A DNA stretch of 41,328 nt from Sulfuricurvum sp. IAE1 (lineage in GTDB: Bacteria; Campylobacterota; Campylobacteria; Campylobacterales; Sulfurimonadaceae), in the NCBI GenBank assembly GCA_945867285.1, contig CAMBHX010000001.1:1-41328 (forward strand), read 5' to 3'. This document shows, piece after piece, positions 39,533 through 41,328 of the stretch. The first letter of the stretch is position 1. Each line of letters begins with the position of its first letter. The position numbers and the translations under genes are program-made. Below the pieces are notes generated by a model. The model was not told the origin of the DNA. It was given only the letters and a program-made list of their open reading frames with translations, and searched no databases.

Positions 39533-41134
39533 ATGGCAACAGTATTGATTATCGGTAGCGGTGGTGCAGGTTTAACAGCAGCATTGTCAGCGCATGAGGC
39601 AGGTGTCCATGTTATTGTCGCCTCTAAAACATTTCCTACACGCTCCCAAACTTCGATGGCTCAGGGGGGGATGAATGCGGTTTTGGATGACAATGATAGT
39701 ATTGAAAACCATATTGCCGATACCCTCAAAAGCTCTGGTGGCCTTGGCGATGAGGTGCAAATAGCCACCATGTGCAAAAAAGCTCCTGATGCGGTACGAT
39801 GGCTCAATAGTATCGGTATGCCCTACAGTCGTGATAAAAACGATGAAATCGCACGACGGAGGCTTGGGGGTGCATCCGCACCACGAGCGTGTTATGCCCA
39901 AGACTACACAGGGCTTAAGCTTCTCCATACTTTATATGACCAATGTCTCAAAGCCCATATTGAGTTTAAAAATGAGTATTTTTTACTTAACCTTATTGTT
40001 GATGAGGAGACAAATCGCACCTTGGGGGCAACGTTTCTCAACATCCCAACAGGAGAGGTAGAAGAGATCCGAGCTGATGCTGTTATTATGGCAACGGGTG
40101 GATATGGATACCTCTACGGCAAACACTCTACCAACAGCGTTCAAGCAAGCGGTGACGGAATCGCCTGTGCCATCCGTGCCGGCGCAAAACTCGCCGATAT
40201 GGAGTTTGTCCAGTTTCATCCCACGGCATTGTTAAGTTCATCGATTTTAATCTCTGAGAGCGCACGAGGAGCCGGTGGGCATTTACTCAACGCTAAACAC
40301 GAACGTTTCACCGATGAACTCGCCCCTCGCGATGTCGTAGCTCGTGCTATTCACGACGAGATGGAAAGCGGCGGTGCGGTCTATCTGGATATTCGTCATT
40401 TGGGGGAAGAATTTATAGCTCATGAGTTACCACAAGAGCGAAAATTGGCACAAATTTATGAGGGAATTGATCCAGTTTCTGATCTCATCCCCATCAAACC
40501 TGCTGCTCACTACAGTATGGGAGGCATTGAGGTCGATAGTCAGTGTCAAAGTAGTGTTAGTGGCTTGTTTGCTGTGGGTGAGTGTGCTAATCACAAGACC
40601 CATGGAGCAAATCGGCTAGGGGGAAACTCACTGCTTGAACTCAGCGTGTTTGGGCGTGAGTGTGGTCAAAATGCGGCACACTTTGGAGTCAACAATCCTG
40701 CGCCCGCACTTGAAAATCCGCAATACGCCAAGGACGCTAATTTTATTCGAGGGGTGATGTACTTCACCAAACAAATCGACTTTTACCAAAAACAAGAGAT
40801 GCTCGCTAACATATTTTATAACAATGTCGGATTAGTGCGTGAAGATATGGGTCTCAAAGCAGTCCTTGGGGCGATTCGTCAAATGCAAAAAGAGTTACCC
40901 TTTATGGGTCCTCGTGATACTAACAAAGAGTATAACACTAATTTAGTGGAGTTTATAGAATTTGGGAACAAAGTAGAACTGGCAGAGATTATAGTCGTAT
41001 GTGCGATTAGCCGTGTCGAGAGTCGTGGCGCACATTATCGTGTCGATGCTCCAATGCGACATGATTCACAGTTTGGAGCCCATACTATTACATGGAAAGA
41101 AGGAGGGGTGTTATGCGCGGATTTTATAGCTTAA
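39533..41134 (+). CDS. SdhA/FrdA-family flavoprotein
   Basis: Motifs IGSGGAG, RSQTSMAQGG, QFHPT, SESARG, LAPRDVVAR, HYSMGG, HGANRLGGNSL and ESRGAHYR. Confidence 0.88.
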   Translation: MATVLIIGSGGAGLTAALSAHEAGVHVIVASKTFPTRSQTSMAQGGMNAVLDDNDSIENHIADTLKSSGGLGDEVQIATMCKKAPDAVRWLNSIGMPYSRDKNDEIARRRLGGASAPRACYAQDYTGLKLLHTLYDQCLKAHIEFKNEYFLLNLIVDEETNRTLGATFLNIPTGEVEEIRADAVIMATGGYGYLYGKHSTNSVQASGDGIACAIRAGAKLADMEFVQFHPTALLSSSILISESARGAGGHLLNAKHERFTDELAPRDVVARAIHDEMESGGAVYLDIRHLGEEFIAHELPQERKLAQIYEGIDPVSDLIPIKPAAHYSMGGIEVDSQCQSSVSGLFAVGECANHKTHGANRLGGNSLLELSVFGRECGQNAAHFGVNNPAPALENPQYAKDANFIRGVMYFTKQIDFYQKQEMLANIFYNNVGLVREDMGLKAVLGAIRQMQKELPFMGPRDTNKEYNTNLVEFIEFGNKVELAEIIVVCAISRVESRGAHYRVDAPMRHDSQFGAHTITWKEGGVLCADFIA

Positions 41135-41244
41135 GCGGTGATGACAAAGAGTGGGATGAAGAGATTATCGATGACCACAAAGATAGTTGTTGTGAAGATG
41201 ATTATGACGACGATGAAGACAACGAGAAAGAGTGGTGTGATTAA
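41113..41244 (+). CDS. 43-aa highly acidic, Cys-containing microprotein
   Basis: MRGFYSLSGDDKEWDEEIIDDHKDSCCEDDYDDDEDNEKEWCD. SD AGGAGG at 41101-41106. Its stop overlaps a convergent stop (TTAA). Confidence 0.6.
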   Translation: MRGFYSLSGDDKEWDEEIIDDHKDSCCEDDYDDDEDNEKEWCD

Positions 41245-41328
41245 AACACCACTTGTTCCCCAAACAGTTTATTGAGTTGTGTTAGCAAATCTACGGGATC
41301 AGTTTGGATACCATGAATCATAATGGCA
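41241..41328 (-). CDS. 3' end of a gene starting outside the window
   Basis: Open minus-strand frame from the window edge: ...AIMIHGIQTDPVDLLTQLNKLFGEQVVF*. Confidence 0.5.
   Translation of the reverse strand, partial: AIMIHGIQTDPVDLLTQLNKLFGEQVVF

Noticed and set aside
41131-41261. Hydrophobic minus-strand frame antisense to the acidic microprotein
   Set aside because: Closed by an upstream TAA with no suitable start codon. Its NTC-rich codons merely mirror the GAN codons on the + strand.

Overview
Chromosomal origin region of a Campylobacterota (Epsilonproteobacteria) bacterium, most likely Sulfuricurvum/Sulfurimonas-like. This is inferred from the ruvC-dnaA-dnaN-gyrB order, the TTCAC-core DnaA boxes and the protein sequences. 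Housekeeping core: nrdA (partial), purB, RluA-family gene carrying a perfect parS, ruvC, bipartite oriC with a clear DnaA box/GC-tract/DnaA-trio unwinding module, dnaA, dnaN, gyrB, queF, tRNA-Ala(GGC), dnaG, rpsU, purT. Best candidates for undescribed biology: (1) a six-gene operon built around a heme-copper-oxidase subunit I-like protein that keeps its heme histidines but apparently lacks the CuB His pair, with a MacB/FtsX-type ABC transporter, a Cys-less redoxin-like protein, a membrane protein and YceI; (2) an orphan two-gene module with a phage replication-initiator-like protein about 5 kb from oriC and no prophage around it; (3) a third DnaA-box cluster beyond ruvC; (4) several short palindromic repeat families with compensatory base changes and nested hairpin insertions; (5) a globin+CZB hybrid kinase linked to an HD-GYP phosphodiesterase; (6) a 43-aa Asp/Glu/Cys-rich microprotein behind an SdhA/FrdA-like flavoprotein lacking the FAD-attachment His. 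All family assignments are by eye from motifs; no database searches were run.
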